The translations under genes and the position numbers were made by a program. Positions 49,390 through 59,281 of a stretch of DNA of 64,000 bases are shown piece after piece (within the stretch, counting starts at the first letter, position 1; each line of letters starts with the position of its first letter). A model generated the notes under the pieces. That model did not search any database. It saw nothing but the letters and a program-made list of their open reading frames with translations, and was not told the DNA's origin. The DNA lies in assembly GCA_963734545.1 (NCBI GenBank), contig CAVTHO010000007.1, positions 416,001 to 480,000 of the forward strand. The letters are read 5' to 3'. The DNA comes from an uncultured Spirochaetota bacterium (GTDB lineage Bacteria > Spirochaetota > Spirochaetia > SZUA-6 > Fen-1364).

Positions 49390-51922
49390 GCAGAGACTCA
49401 GCCCCCGCGTGATCGAGGAGATCCGCGAGGCTATTTCCGACGCAAACGGGAACGAAGTATTCCTCGTGGGCAAGCGGGGCGATGACGGAAAGGTTGAGTC
49501 CGTGACAGTGGGGGCGCGCGGCAACGAGCAGGCGGTGCCTGTTCTCTCGCCCCACCTGGTGGAAGGGGACGTCATCATCCACAATCACCCGTCGGGCGGG
49601 CTCACGCCGAGCAGCGCGGATCTCGCCATTGCCTCCCGGCTGGGAAACCAGGGCATCGGCTTTTTCATCGTGGACAACCAGCTCGACGAAGTGTACGTGG
49701 CGGCGGAGCCCGTTGAGGTGCGTGAGATCCAGCCGCTGGACGAGAATGCGCTGGCGGCCGGCCTCTCCACCGACGGGGCGCTGAGCAGGCTGTATCCGCT
49801 GTTCGAGGAGCGCGCCAGCCAGGTCCGCATGCTGCGGCTCGTGTGTCAGGCATTCAACGGTGACGAGATCTGCGCGGCCGAGGCAGGCACGGGAGTGGGG
49901 AAATCTCTCGCCTACCTGCTGCCCGCCGTTGCCTGGGCCGTCCAGAACGGGGAGAGGGTGGTGGTGTCCACCAACACGATCAACCTCCAGCAGCAGCTCG
50001 TGGAGAAGGACATCCCGCTGGTCAAGAAGGTTCTTGGCCAGGACCCGAAAGTGGTGCTCGTGAAAGGGCGGAGGAACTACCTCTGCCTGCACCGGCTGAA
50101 TGAGGCGCTCGAAGAGCAGAGCCTGTTCGATGAGAGGGACCCCGACCTCCTGTCGATCAAGGAATGGGCGCGCACCACTGAAACGGGCAGCCGCACCGAC
50201 CTGTCCTTCTATCCCACCGAGGACACGTGGTCCCGGGTGTGCTCGGAGGCGGACGCATGCCTCGGGCTGCGCTGCAGCCACCGGGAAGGCTGCTTCGTGC
50301 TCAAGGCGCGGCGCGAGGCATCTTCCGCGAAAATTCTCATTGCCAATCATCATCTCCTCTTCGCCGACCTCGCGTTCCGCATGGCGGGCTCTGGCTTCGA
50401 CGATCCCGCCGTGCTGCCCCCTTTCCGGAGGCTGATATTCGACGAAGCGCACAACGTGGAAAAGGCGGCGAGCTCTTTCTTTTCCCAGAGCTTCTCCCGT
50501 CTCGTGATTCTCCGCTTCCTCGGCCGGCTGCTCCGGCGCCGCAAGGGCAGGGCCACGGGGCATTTTCCCGCTCTTGCCCGACGGCTGGGAAGGAGCGCGC
50601 TCGTCAAACAGGTGCCTGAGCTCATCGAGGCGGTCACGACCCGGGCCGAGGAGCTGGACGGGGCGGGCCTTGCGCTCATGGGGGAGGAGAGCGCGCTGCT
50701 CCTGGACGCCGGGACCCTGCCGGGCTTTCGGGAGAGCGCAGGCGGCGCGCTGGGCAATCTCTCTCTCGCCATCAGGGAGCTGGCGGATGCCTTTTCGGAG
50801 GTGTTTGAAAAGCTCGGCGTTCGTGAGCCCGAAGAAGCACGCAGGCCCGCGGACAGGGACGGGTTCAACAGGACGACGGAGGACGACCTCGTCTGGGATT
50901 GCCGCGTCCAGCTCGCCCGGCTCGCCGCAATCGCAGACCTCTGCGACAGGTTTCGCACTGAAGAGATCGGCGGCAACGACATTTTCTGGATGGAGGCCCT
51001 GAAGAGCGGACGCGGGGAGCGGGAAGGGAAGGAACGCACGGTGCGGCTGGTCATTACCCCCCTGGACATCGGGCCGCTCATGCGCGAGGCAGTCTATGAG
51101 CCGATCAAGACGGTGCTCTTCACATCGGCAACGCTCACCGTTGCCGGCAGTTTTTCCTTCTGGTCCGGGAGGATCGGGTTGTCGGCATCGATCGGGCGGG
51201 AGCCGCTCTTCCAGTCGTTCCCCTCTCCGTTCAACTACGAGGAGCACGTCCTGCTCGGCGTGCCTGTCGATGCCCCTCCCCCGGATTCACTGAAGCACAA
51301 GGAGTTCCTCGCGCGCTTCATCTCCAAGGCCCTTCTCAAGAGCCGCGGTGCCGGACTCGTTCTGTTCACTTCCTACAGCCTCTTGCGTGACGTCTATGCG
51401 GCCTCGCAGGAGGAGCTGGGCCGGGCAGGGATCAGGATGCTGAAGCAGGGCGACGACGACCGGGCCAGGCTGCTGGACGCGTTTCGCGCCGAGAGATCCA
51501 GCGTGCTTTTCGCCACCGATTCGTTCTGGGAAGGGGTCGACGCGCCCGGCGAGACCCTCCAGGTCGTGATTCTCTGCCGTCTTCCGTTCCGTGTCCCTTC
51601 GGAGCCTGTGCTGAAGGCGCGGATGACGGCAATCGAGGAGCGCGGGGGGAATCCCTTCGGAGAGCTTTCCCTCCCTGATGCCGTGGTCCGCATGCGGCAG
51701 GGCTTCGGCAGGCTGATGCGCCGCCATGACGATACGGGAGTCGTCCTCATCCTCGACCCGCGAATCGTGACCAGGCAGTACGGCGCGGTGTTCCTGGAAA
51801 GCCTGCCTCGGACCATGCGCTCCATCGCCCCTGCCGCCGAGGTCCTTCGCTCTGTTGCGGCCTTTTTCGGGCAAAAAAAAGAGGAGGAAGACGATTCCGT
51901 CTCCTCCTCCGCTCAGGCGTGA
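49379..51922 (+). CDS. DinG/YoaA-family Fe-S helicase with an N-terminal JAB/MPN-like domain
   Basis: HNHPSG...PSSADL; EAGTGVGKS, DEAH, SATL, FWEGVD, QGFGRLMR; four Fe-S cysteines. Confidence 0.9.
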   Translation: MRAEQRLSPRVIEEIREAISDANGNEVFLVGKRGDDGKVESVTVGARGNEQAVPVLSPHLVEGDVIIHNHPSGGLTPSSADLAIASRLGNQGIGFFIVDNQLDEVYVAAEPVEVREIQPLDENALAAGLSTDGALSRLYPLFEERASQVRMLRLVCQAFNGDEICAAEAGTGVGKSLAYLLPAVAWAVQNGERVVVSTNTINLQQQLVEKDIPLVKKVLGQDPKVVLVKGRRNYLCLHRLNEALEEQSLFDERDPDLLSIKEWARTTETGSRTDLSFYPTEDTWSRVCSEADACLGLRCSHREGCFVLKARREASSAKILIANHHLLFADLAFRMAGSGFDDPAVLPPFRRLIFDEAHNVEKAASSFFSQSFSRLVILRFLGRLLRRRKGRATGHFPALARRLGRSALVKQVPELIEAVTTRAEELDGAGLALMGEESALLLDAGTLPGFRESAGGALGNLSLAIRELADAFSEVFEKLGVREPEEARRPADRDGFNRTTEDDLVWDCRVQLARLAAIADLCDRFRTEEIGGNDIFWMEALKSGRGEREGKERTVRLVITPLDIGPLMREAVYEPIKTVLFTSATLTVAGSFSFWSGRIGLSASIGREPLFQSFPSPFNYEEHVLLGVPVDAPPPDSLKHKEFLARFISKALLKSRGAGLVLFTSYSLLRDVYAASQEELGRAGIRMLKQGDDDRARLLDAFRAERSSVLFATDSFWEGVDAPGETLQVVILCRLPFRVPSEPVLKARMTAIEERGGNPFGELSLPDAVVRMRQGFGRLMRRHDDTGVVLILDPRIVTRQYGAVFLESLPRTMRSIAPAAEVLRSVAAFFGQKKEEEDDSVSSSAQA

Positions 51923-51932
51923 ATGGAAAGCT

Positions 51933-52199
51933 CTACGACTCTACCTTTGCCAGCACGTCGGCCGCCTTCAGGATGAGCTGCTCTTCCCCGCCGACCTTGA
52001 TCGTGGTGCCGGCATACTTGTCGTAGATCACGCGGTCCTTCGCCTTGACCTTGATTGCCTCGTCTGTTCCGACCGCGATCACGATACCTTCCTGGGTCTT
52101 TTCCTGCGCGGTCTGGGGGATGAGGATCCCGCCCGCAGTCTTGGTTTCCATTTCCACCATTTTCACGAGAATGCGATCTCCGAGCGGCGTCACCTTCAT
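51933..52199 (-). CDS. groES: Co-chaperonin GroES
   Basis: PLGDRILVK, TAGGILIP, YDKYAGT; GGAGG RBS. Confidence 0.95.
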   Translation of the reverse strand: MKVTPLGDRILVKMVEMETKTAGGILIPQTAQEKTQEGIVIAVGTDEAIKVKAKDRVIYDKYAGTTIKVGGEEQLILKAADVLAKVES

Positions 52200-52353
52200 A
52201 TACAGTTGTCCTCCCTTGCGTTGTGCGTGTGTTCGCGTGAACTCACATTGAGTGCGAGTGATTTTAGGGCTAATATAGCCACACAGTCCCGCTCACGTCA
52301 AGGATATCTTTCCTCTTGCCATGAATGAGCCGACCGGATTACTTTATTAAGAG

Positions 52354-53034
52354 ATGTTAACATCCGGCTGGGCCATCCATTTCGACAAAGGACTGAGATC
52401 CCTCGCCCGGCACAGGCCGGGTGACAGCGTCAAATCCCTCCAGAAGGCCCTGGAGTATTGTCCACCGTCACGGCCGCGAGACCTCTACCGAATCTGCTTT
52501 TTTCTGGGGATCGGGCTGCGCAGGCTCGGCTTCCCGCAGTCCGCCATCAAGAGCTGGATCTCGTGCCAGCGTTTGAACAAGAGAGGCCATACGCGCAAGA
52601 TGCTCTCCCGGCTCACCAACTGCTACGGGATGGAGCGCCAGGACACGACAGAGCACGACGACTGGCAGGCTTTCTCGTCCATACAGATCGCCCGTTATCT
52701 GCTGGGCAAGAACAAGCGCACATTCTCCACGCCGGCTGAGCAGGACATGATCGGTGACCTCATACGGGACAGCTGGGACGCCCTGCTGCGCTCAGGCGCC
52801 CTCGAAGGCAAGTTCGGCTGTGACAAGCTGGAAGCGTTCCGAAACGTGAAGATCGTTTTCCCGAGCGTTGTGCGCAACGAACCGCACGTGAATGGCCCTG
52901 TCATCGCCGTCAACTTTCAGACACAGCGGAAAGTCAAGCCGCAGGATCGTTGCGTGTGCGGATCGGGACTCGCTTTTGTCATGTGCTGCGGCCGAACGCC
53001 TGGCAAGGAGGAGCTCTTGAGTGGTCTATTTTGA
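52354..53034 (+). CDS. TPR-like protein with a C-terminal SEC-C zinc motif
   Basis: Helical-repeat N-terminus; CVCGSGLAFVMCCG. Confidence 0.7.
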   Translation: MLTSGWAIHFDKGLRSLARHRPGDSVKSLQKALEYCPPSRPRDLYRICFFLGIGLRRLGFPQSAIKSWISCQRLNKRGHTRKMLSRLTNCYGMERQDTTEHDDWQAFSSIQIARYLLGKNKRTFSTPAEQDMIGDLIRDSWDALLRSGALEGKFGCDKLEAFRNVKIVFPSVVRNEPHVNGPVIAVNFQTQRKVKPQDRCVCGSGLAFVMCCGRTPGKEELLSGLF

Positions 53035-53164
53035 TTCAATTTCCACGCGATATTGAAAATTCGTGTCATTTTGACCCTTTTAGTGGGTAATTCCTGGATA
53101 GCTCCCGGCTTACTTTTTAAAGCTTTACTCTATATATAGTTAGGAATAGCACTGCAAGAGACCT

Positions 53165-53180
53165 TGGCACGTTCTTTGCT
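53165..53180 (+). promoter_or_regulatory. sigma54 (-24/-12) promoter
   Basis: TGGCAC-GTTCT-TTGCT with correct GG-N10-GC spacing, 22 nt before the sigma-factor ATG; AT-rich upstream region. Confidence 0.8.
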
Positions 53181-53202
53181 TTTATAATGGCACGAGGTAA
53201 AC

Positions 53203-54075
53203 ATGAGCAGTGCAGTAATGTTGGAAAAGGATCGGAAAGTCTCCAGAGCAGATGAGAACATCCTTTCGCTGTACTTGAAAGAAATCAACAAGATCCCGCT
53301 ATTGACCCGTGAAGAGGAAGAAAGATACGCGCGAAGGGCAGCCCGGAACGACAAGTCGGCCAAGGAGAGCCTGATCAGGGCGAACCTGCGGTTTGTGGTG
53401 AACGTTGCGAAGAAGTACCAGAATCAGGGACTTCCCCTCGCGGACCTCATCAGCGAAGGAAACATCGGGCTGATGAACGCAATCGAGCGCTTCGACGTGG
53501 AAAAAGGCTATCATTTCATTTCCTACGCGGTCTGGTGGATTCGTCAGGCCATTCTCAAGGCCATCTGCGAAAAGTCCCGGATGATCCGGCTGCCCCTGAA
53601 CAGGGCCAATGAGCTGGTGCAGATCGAGAAGGTGCGCAAGGACCTCCAGGGCGAGCAGTTTCTCGCTTCGGAAACAGACATGATCGCCAAGAAGCTGGAC
53701 CTCGACAGGGAGCACGTGTCCGACCTCATGAACATTTCCAGGGAGCTCATCTCCCTTGATACGCCGGTCTACTCCGAGAAAGATTCCTCGCTGCTCGGGG
53801 ACTTTGTGGAAGACAAGAACCACACGACGCCCGACGACGTGGTGATCGCCAACTCACTGCAGCAGGACATCAACGGAGTCCTCACCTCCCTTTCCCAGAA
53901 GGAGTCCGAGATCATCCAGTATCGATTCGGGCTGAACGGAAAGCGCCCGATGTCTCTCAAAGAGATCGGAAGCATGTACAAGCTCACCAAGGAGAGGATC
54001 CGCCAGATCGAGAAGAAGGCCATCAAGAGACTGCAACACCCCTCCCGCAGCCATACGCTGCGGGCGTACATGTAG
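53203..54075 (+). CDS. Group 2-like sigma70 factor (RpoS-like, no region 1.1)
   Basis: YLKEI..IPLLT.EEE, NLRFVVNVAKKY, FISYAVWWIRQAI, TKERIRQIE. Confidence 0.9.
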   Translation: MSSAVMLEKDRKVSRADENILSLYLKEINKIPLLTREEEERYARRAARNDKSAKESLIRANLRFVVNVAKKYQNQGLPLADLISEGNIGLMNAIERFDVEKGYHFISYAVWWIRQAILKAICEKSRMIRLPLNRANELVQIEKVRKDLQGEQFLASETDMIAKKLDLDREHVSDLMNISRELISLDTPVYSEKDSSLLGDFVEDKNHTTPDDVVIANSLQQDINGVLTSLSQKESEIIQYRFGLNGKRPMSLKEIGSMYKLTKERIRQIEKKAIKRLQHPSRSHTLRAYM

Positions 54076-54094
54076 GAATCCCTTGTACAGGTGT

Positions 54095-54122
54095 GGAAAA
54101 GGCGCGGCAACGCGCCTTTTCC
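54095..54122 (+). terminator. Intrinsic terminator after the sigma gene
   Basis: GGAAAAGGCGCG-GCAA-CGCGCCTTTTCC followed by ATTTT. Confidence 0.8.
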
Positions 54123-54210
54123 ATTTTCCGGGCCCGCGTGGCGAAACGCGGCTGTTTGACACCCTCTCGATTACAAAACATACTCTCCCGCATACCGGTC
54201 CGGGGGATCT

Positions 54211-55242
54211 ATGAAGGAAAAAGAATCCGGGCGCTTGAAAGCGACAATCGCAAAGCTCGAAGAAGAGGTTGCCCGCCTGAAAGGCGAAAACGGGAGCATC
54301 CGTCTGAGCGAGGAACGCTACCGTGCCTTGTTCGCCGCCCTGCCGGTCTCGCTCCAGGTCGTGGACCGGGACGGCGCGATCCTTGAAGTGAACCCTTTCC
54401 ATCTCGCGCACATGGGGGGCGGCCGCACGACGCTGGCAGACTACCAGGGCCGGAATATCACGACGCGCAGGAGTGTCGTGGCGGCCGGTCTCGCCCCGGA
54501 CTACAAAGCCGTGCTGGATGGGGTGCCCTTCGAGAAATCCGAAGTGCTGTATCCGGCCCTGTCGGGCGGGGGAAAGGGCTGGTTCAACGTGCGCGGAGTG
54601 CCCCTGAGAAAAGGGAGCGAGATCCTCGGGGCCATCTACATCCTGGAGGATGTCAGCGTGCTGAAAGGGGCCAAGGATGAGCTCATTCTCGCGAACGACA
54701 AGCTCAAGACGCAGATGGAGGAAATCAGGCAGCTCCATTCGGATTTACGTGAACAGGTGATTCGAGATCCTCTGACCGCTCTGCACAACCGCCGCTATTT
54801 GAACGAGACCCTTGACCGTGAGCTGGCCCGGGCGAGCCGCGAAATGTATCAGGTCGGCCTGGTGATGATCGACATTGACAACTTCAAGGAAATCAACGAC
54901 ACGTACGGGCACAATGCGGGCGACCTCGTGCTGAAGAACCTGGCACTCCAATTGACCCGGCAGACCCGGGCAAGCGATCTGGTGTGCCGGCTCGGCGGTG
55001 ATGAGTTCCTGATAGTCCTGCTCAATGTGAAGGCCGCAAATGCCTTCAATCGGGCCGAGCAGTATCGAAATTCCTTTCAGGAATCCGCGGCGGTTTTCAA
55101 CGGGTCGGAAATTCGGTCGACCCTTTCTCTGGGAATTGCCATGTTCCCGGAAAAAGGCGCGACCAGCCGCGAAGTCCTTGCCGCGGCGGATCGTGCATTG
55201 TACGAGTCGAAAAGGAAAGGGCGCAATCAAATCAGCGCATGA
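54211..55242 (+). CDS. PAS-GGDEF diguanylate cyclase
   Basis: SEERYRALF PAS entry, DPLTALHNRR, RASD I-site, GGDEF. Confidence 0.92.
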   Translation: MKEKESGRLKATIAKLEEEVARLKGENGSIRLSEERYRALFAALPVSLQVVDRDGAILEVNPFHLAHMGGGRTTLADYQGRNITTRRSVVAAGLAPDYKAVLDGVPFEKSEVLYPALSGGGKGWFNVRGVPLRKGSEILGAIYILEDVSVLKGAKDELILANDKLKTQMEEIRQLHSDLREQVIRDPLTALHNRRYLNETLDRELARASREMYQVGLVMIDIDNFKEINDTYGHNAGDLVLKNLALQLTRQTRASDLVCRLGGDEFLIVLLNVKAANAFNRAEQYRNSFQESAAVFNGSEIRSTLSLGIAMFPEKGATSREVLAAADRALYESKRKGRNQISA

Positions 55243-55260
55243 AAGCCCGCGGGGGCGTGC

Positions 55261-57267
55261 TCATGTCGATGGCTCCCGTGCGATCTTCTTCCAGGCATCC
55301 GCAAAGTCAGGGGTGAAATCCTTCTCTTCGGCCTGCAGGGTGAGGCATTCCTGAGGAATCTCGTCGAGAAAGGGTGAAGGGGAGGCCTCCACGGGCTTGC
55401 CCATGCGCCTGCGCGATGAGCAGCAGGAGAGGAACAGCCGCTTCTGCGCCCGGGTCAGAGCCACGTAGAACAGCCTGCGCTCCTCCTCGACGTTGGCATC
55501 ACCCTCTGTCACGGACCTCACGTGGGGAATGATGTCCTTCTCGACACCGGCGACGAACACCACCGGAAACTCCAGTCCCTTGGCCGAGTGGATCGTCATC
55601 AGGTTGACCCGGCCACCGGTTTCCCTGGCGTCGAGGTCATCACGGCTTGCCAGGGACACGCGCGCCAGGTAGTCGAAAAGGGTGGGGTGCACGGCGTCGG
55701 GATCCTCCTCGAAATCGGCAAGCGACCCGGCAAGGGACTCGACGTTGGCGAACTTCCACCTCACCACGTCCTTGTCCTTTGCGTCCTTGTTTTCCACGAG
55801 AAGATAGCCCCAATAATCTATGGCCTCGACCAGGTCGCGAAGGGCCTGCGCCAGAGCGTTTCCCGCAAGGAATCGGGCACGATACTCCGTGACCAGCTCG
55901 ATGAACTCAGCGGCGGCCGCGCGCGACTTTTCTTCCAGACCGAGCCCCGGCTGGGTGCCGAACGCGGCGATTGCGGAAAAAAGCGAGCAGTGGTGCGCGG
56001 CCGCGTACTCGGTGGCCCTCTCGAGAAGCTTCTTGCCGATTCCCCTTCGCGGCGTATTGATGATGCGGAGGAGGCTCGTGTCGTCGTCATGATTGGCGAT
56101 CAGCTTGAGATAGGCGAGCATGTCGCGCACTTCCTGCCGTTCGAAGAAGCTCATGCCCCCGGACACGATGTAAGGGATGTTTTCATCTCGGAAGGCCTCC
56201 TCGATCGCCCGCGTGAGATGATTTGCCCGCAGCAGGACACCGAAATCCTGCAGCGTGAGAGATTCTCGAATCATGAGGGTGCGGATGCGCGAAACGATGT
56301 ATTCCGCTTCCTCCTGCTCGCTGGGAGCATTGAAAAGCTCGATCAGCTCCCCTTCGGGGAGCCCTGTCCACAGCGCTTTCGGCTTGCGATTCGTGTTGCG
56401 CGAGATGACCGCGTTGGCCGCCTTGAGGATGGTTCGGGTGGACCTGTAATTCTGCTCCAGCTTGATCACGCGCACGCGTGGAAAATCACGCTCGAACCTG
56501 AGGATATTCTCGTAGCTCGCCCCGCGCCAGGAGTAGATGGACTGGTCGTCATCCCCGACCACGCAGACGTTCTCTTCCGGACCCACCAGGAGCTTCATCA
56601 AGTCATATTGGGCGGAGGAAGTGTCCTGGAATTCATCCACGAGGAGATAGCGGAACCTTTCGTGCATCTCAAGACGCACGTCGGGGTTCTTGTCCAGCAG
56701 CTCCAGCGGCAGCATGAGCAGGTCGTCGAAATCCACCGCATTGAAAAGTCGCAGGTTTTTCTGGTACTCCCGGAAGAGAGGCTTCAGGTGCTTTGTCTCC
56801 GTGCTCCACTTCGCTCTGCCCGTTTTCACCGAGGAGATGAATTGAGCGGCGGCCTGAAGATCGAATGATTCTCCCTTCAGGCCGATCTCCCGCGCCGTCT
56901 CGCGGATCAGGCTTGCCTGGTCCTGCGAGTCATAGATGCTGAAGTTGGCCCTGTAGCCCATGAGAGAAAAACGCTCCCTCAGCATCTGAGCGCCGAATGC
57001 GTGGAACGTACAGATCGTGAGCCGGACCAGCTTGCGGGGAATCAGGGCTTTCACGCGCTGCGACATCTCCTTCGCGGCCTTGTTGGTGAAGGTGACGGCG
57101 AGGATTGCCGATTGAGGGACCCCCTGGGAAAGCAGCCTGGCGATCCTGTAGGTGATCACCCGGGTCTTTCCCGAACCCGCGCCGGCTACAATGAGGAGCG
57201 GCCCATCTGTTGTGCCGACGGCCTCTGCTTGTTTGTCGTTGAGGATCGAAGGGAAATCGACTTTCAA
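55261..57267 (-). CDS. UvrD/Rep/PcrA-family DNA helicase
   Basis: AGAGSGKT, TFTNKAA, VDEFQD, VGDDDQSIYSWRG, NYRS, TIHSAKGLEF, EERRLFYVALTRA; probable TTG start. Confidence 0.93.
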   Translation of the reverse strand: MKVDFPSILNDKQAEAVGTTDGPLLIVAGAGSGKTRVITYRIARLLSQGVPQSAILAVTFTNKAAKEMSQRVKALIPRKLVRLTICTFHAFGAQMLRERFSLMGYRANFSIYDSQDQASLIRETAREIGLKGESFDLQAAAQFISSVKTGRAKWSTETKHLKPLFREYQKNLRLFNAVDFDDLLMLPLELLDKNPDVRLEMHERFRYLLVDEFQDTSSAQYDLMKLLVGPEENVCVVGDDDQSIYSWRGASYENILRFERDFPRVRVIKLEQNYRSTRTILKAANAVISRNTNRKPKALWTGLPEGELIELFNAPSEQEEAEYIVSRIRTLMIRESLTLQDFGVLLRANHLTRAIEEAFRDENIPYIVSGGMSFFERQEVRDMLAYLKLIANHDDDTSLLRIINTPRRGIGKKLLERATEYAAAHHCSLFSAIAAFGTQPGLGLEEKSRAAAAEFIELVTEYRARFLAGNALAQALRDLVEAIDYWGYLLVENKDAKDKDVVRWKFANVESLAGSLADFEEDPDAVHPTLFDYLARVSLASRDDLDARETGGRVNLMTIHSAKGLEFPVVFVAGVEKDIIPHVRSVTEGDANVEEERRLFYVALTRAQKRLFLSCCSSRRRMGKPVEASPSPFLDEIPQECLTLQAEEKDFTPDFADAWKKIAREPST

Positions 57268-57358
57268 GGCACTATTGGGCTTTTCGCGCTTCGAGAAACA
57301 GCGTAACGGTGCTGAAATTGTTTGACACGTCCCCTCCTGGTGCCCTACTATTGCTTTC

Positions 57359-58106
57359 ATGCAATTGTTCTCGCCGTTCTGCCCGAGTTGCAGGGAGAAT
57401 CTTGCGCGCAATGGAGATTCGTTTACCTGCTCCAAGTGCGGAAGGGTGTATCCGTTGAAGAGCGGTATGGTGGATTTCCTGACCTCCCTGCCTCTTTCCG
57501 ATGTCCAGCAAGTCGTTCAAAACACCTTTGATGCTGTTGCTCCTTCCTATGACAATGCCATTGTAAGGCTCGTGGAGAGCCTGTCCTGCCCCTGGAGCAC
57601 CTATACGGCCCATCTGGAAGCCTTCATGGCGAATGCCGGGGGCAAGGTGATCCTGGACGTGGGGTGCGGGACAGCCTTCCCCGTCGGATCCTTTATTCCC
57701 CAGACGTCGATCTACCTCGGCGTGGACATCTCTCTCGAGATGCTCGGCCACGCGAAGAGCCTGCTGGGGGAAAACCTCAACGCGGCCCTCTGGAACGTCG
57801 ATGTCGAGCGGATCCCCCTTCCCGGACAGCTGCGTGGATCTCTGCCTCTGCCTCATGTCGTTCAACGTGTTCCCCAACCCTCACAAAGCTGCCACCGAGA
57901 TCCACAGGGTGCTGAAGAAGGACGGGAGCGTCTACGGCACAGCCTTCCTGACCTCCCCGCCTGAAGAAATCCTGAGCGAAAGACCCATCCAGGACGGGCT
58001 CATCCGGGAGGTTCTTTCCGTGTTCGACCCCGCCCTCTGGGAGCTTTCCATCGAGACAGTGGGGGGCATTCTCTTTTTCCACGTTCAAAGAAGCGTCAAG
58101 ACCTGA
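57359..58106 (+). CDS. Zinc-ribbon plus class I SAM methyltransferase; apparent frameshift ~57820
   Basis: CPSC..CSKC; ILDVGCGT, GVDISLEML; continues PFPDSCVD...EIHRVLK.G in frame 57801..58106. Confidence 0.8.
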
Positions 58107-58155
58107 GCAGCCGCGCGTCCTCCCTCGGTGCGGTACTCGGCCCCATTTGTTCCGG

Positions 58156-59220
58156 TTACCTAGTCACGGTCACCTTGCGCAGCCCGCGCGGAGAATCAGG
58201 ATCGAACCCTTTTGCAATGGCCAGGTGGAGTCCAAGGAGCTGGCCGGGAATCACGGCAAGAACGGGAGAGAGCCAGTCCGGCGCTCCTTCCGCGATCGGA
58301 AGCCTCGTGATCCCTTTTTCCAGTATGTCTTTGGAGTCACTGATCGCGATTACCTCTGATTGTCTTTCCAGAAGCACGCCGGCGAACTCCGTCATATGAG
58401 AGAGCAGCACGCCGCTTGTGGCGATCAGTATCACAGGAAAACCCGGTTCGAGCATGGCCATGGGGCCGTGAAGGAAATCTGCCGAGGAATACGGCTCTGC
58501 GGTGACGTAGGTAAGCTCCTTCAGCTTGAGCGCGATCTCCATGGAGATCCCATGGCAGAATCCGCGGCTGATGACCACGCAGCGCTGCATGTAGCGGTAG
58601 CGCTCCGCCCGGGCCGCGGCGGTGGAGCCGGAAAGAGCGAGCGTGCGCGCCGCGCGCTCCGGCAGCTCCTTGACGCACGCTGTGCGCGCGTCGTCTTTCT
58701 GCAGTACAGCGGAAAGAGCGGCCAGGACTGCCAGGGAGGAAGTGAAGGTCTTGGTGGCAGCCACCGCTTTTTCAGGTCCCGTCCTCAACAATAGCGCATG
58801 GTCCGCCTGGGCCGCCATCGGAGAGGCGCCGTCCGCGGTGACCACGGCCGTGAGCGCGCCCTGCCGTCGCGCGTCCGCCATCACCTCCACGATGTCCTCC
58901 GACTGTCCGGACTGGGAAATCCCCAGGACCATGACATTTCTGAGCCGGGGCGGCTTGTGGTAGAACGTGTAGAGGGAGGGGGTTGCCATCATGACGGGAA
59001 GCCCGTTGAATGCCTGGAAGAGGTACTTCGCGTACACCCCGGCATTGTCCGAGCTGCCGCGCGCCGCTATCATGACACTGGTGATGTCGCGTGCCCGCAC
59101 GTCATGCGCCAGCAGCTCGAGCTCCCGCGCGCAGGACTCGACCGTCCTCGCGATTGCGTCGGGCTGCTCTCCGATTTCGCGCTCCAACACAGACTTGGAT
59201 TCGCCATTCATGTTGCGCAT
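58156..59220 (-). CDS. Double-SIS-domain sugar-phosphate isomerase/deaminase (GlmS C-terminal-like, no glutaminase domain)
   Basis: REIGEQP, ARGSS, ISQSGQS, AVAATKTF, EIALKLKE, FLHGP, PRGLRKVTVT. Confidence 0.88.
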   Translation of the reverse strand: MRNMNGESKSVLEREIGEQPDAIARTVESCARELELLAHDVRARDITSVMIAARGSSDNAGVYAKYLFQAFNGLPVMMATPSLYTFYHKPPRLRNVMVLGISQSGQSEDIVEVMADARRQGALTAVVTADGASPMAAQADHALLLRTGPEKAVAATKTFTSSLAVLAALSAVLQKDDARTACVKELPERAARTLALSGSTAAARAERYRYMQRCVVISRGFCHGISMEIALKLKELTYVTAEPYSSADFLHGPMAMLEPGFPVILIATSGVLLSHMTEFAGVLLERQSEVIAISDSKDILEKGITRLPIAEGAPDWLSPVLAVIPGQLLGLHLAIAKGFDPDSPRGLRKVTVTR

Positions 59221-59281
59221 AGTGCAGATTCGGCGCAGGGTTGTCAATTCTCACGCCTGCCGCTATAGTCGGTCCACAACA

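Noticed and set aside
51933-52199. Orphan groES as a novelty
   Set aside because: Separation of groES from groEL is already known in spirochaetes.
52235-52275. CIRCE element upstream of groES
   Set aside because: Only partial arms (TTAGCCCT; GCACTC-N5-GAGT) with the wrong spacing compared with TTAGCACTC-N9-GAGTGCTAA.
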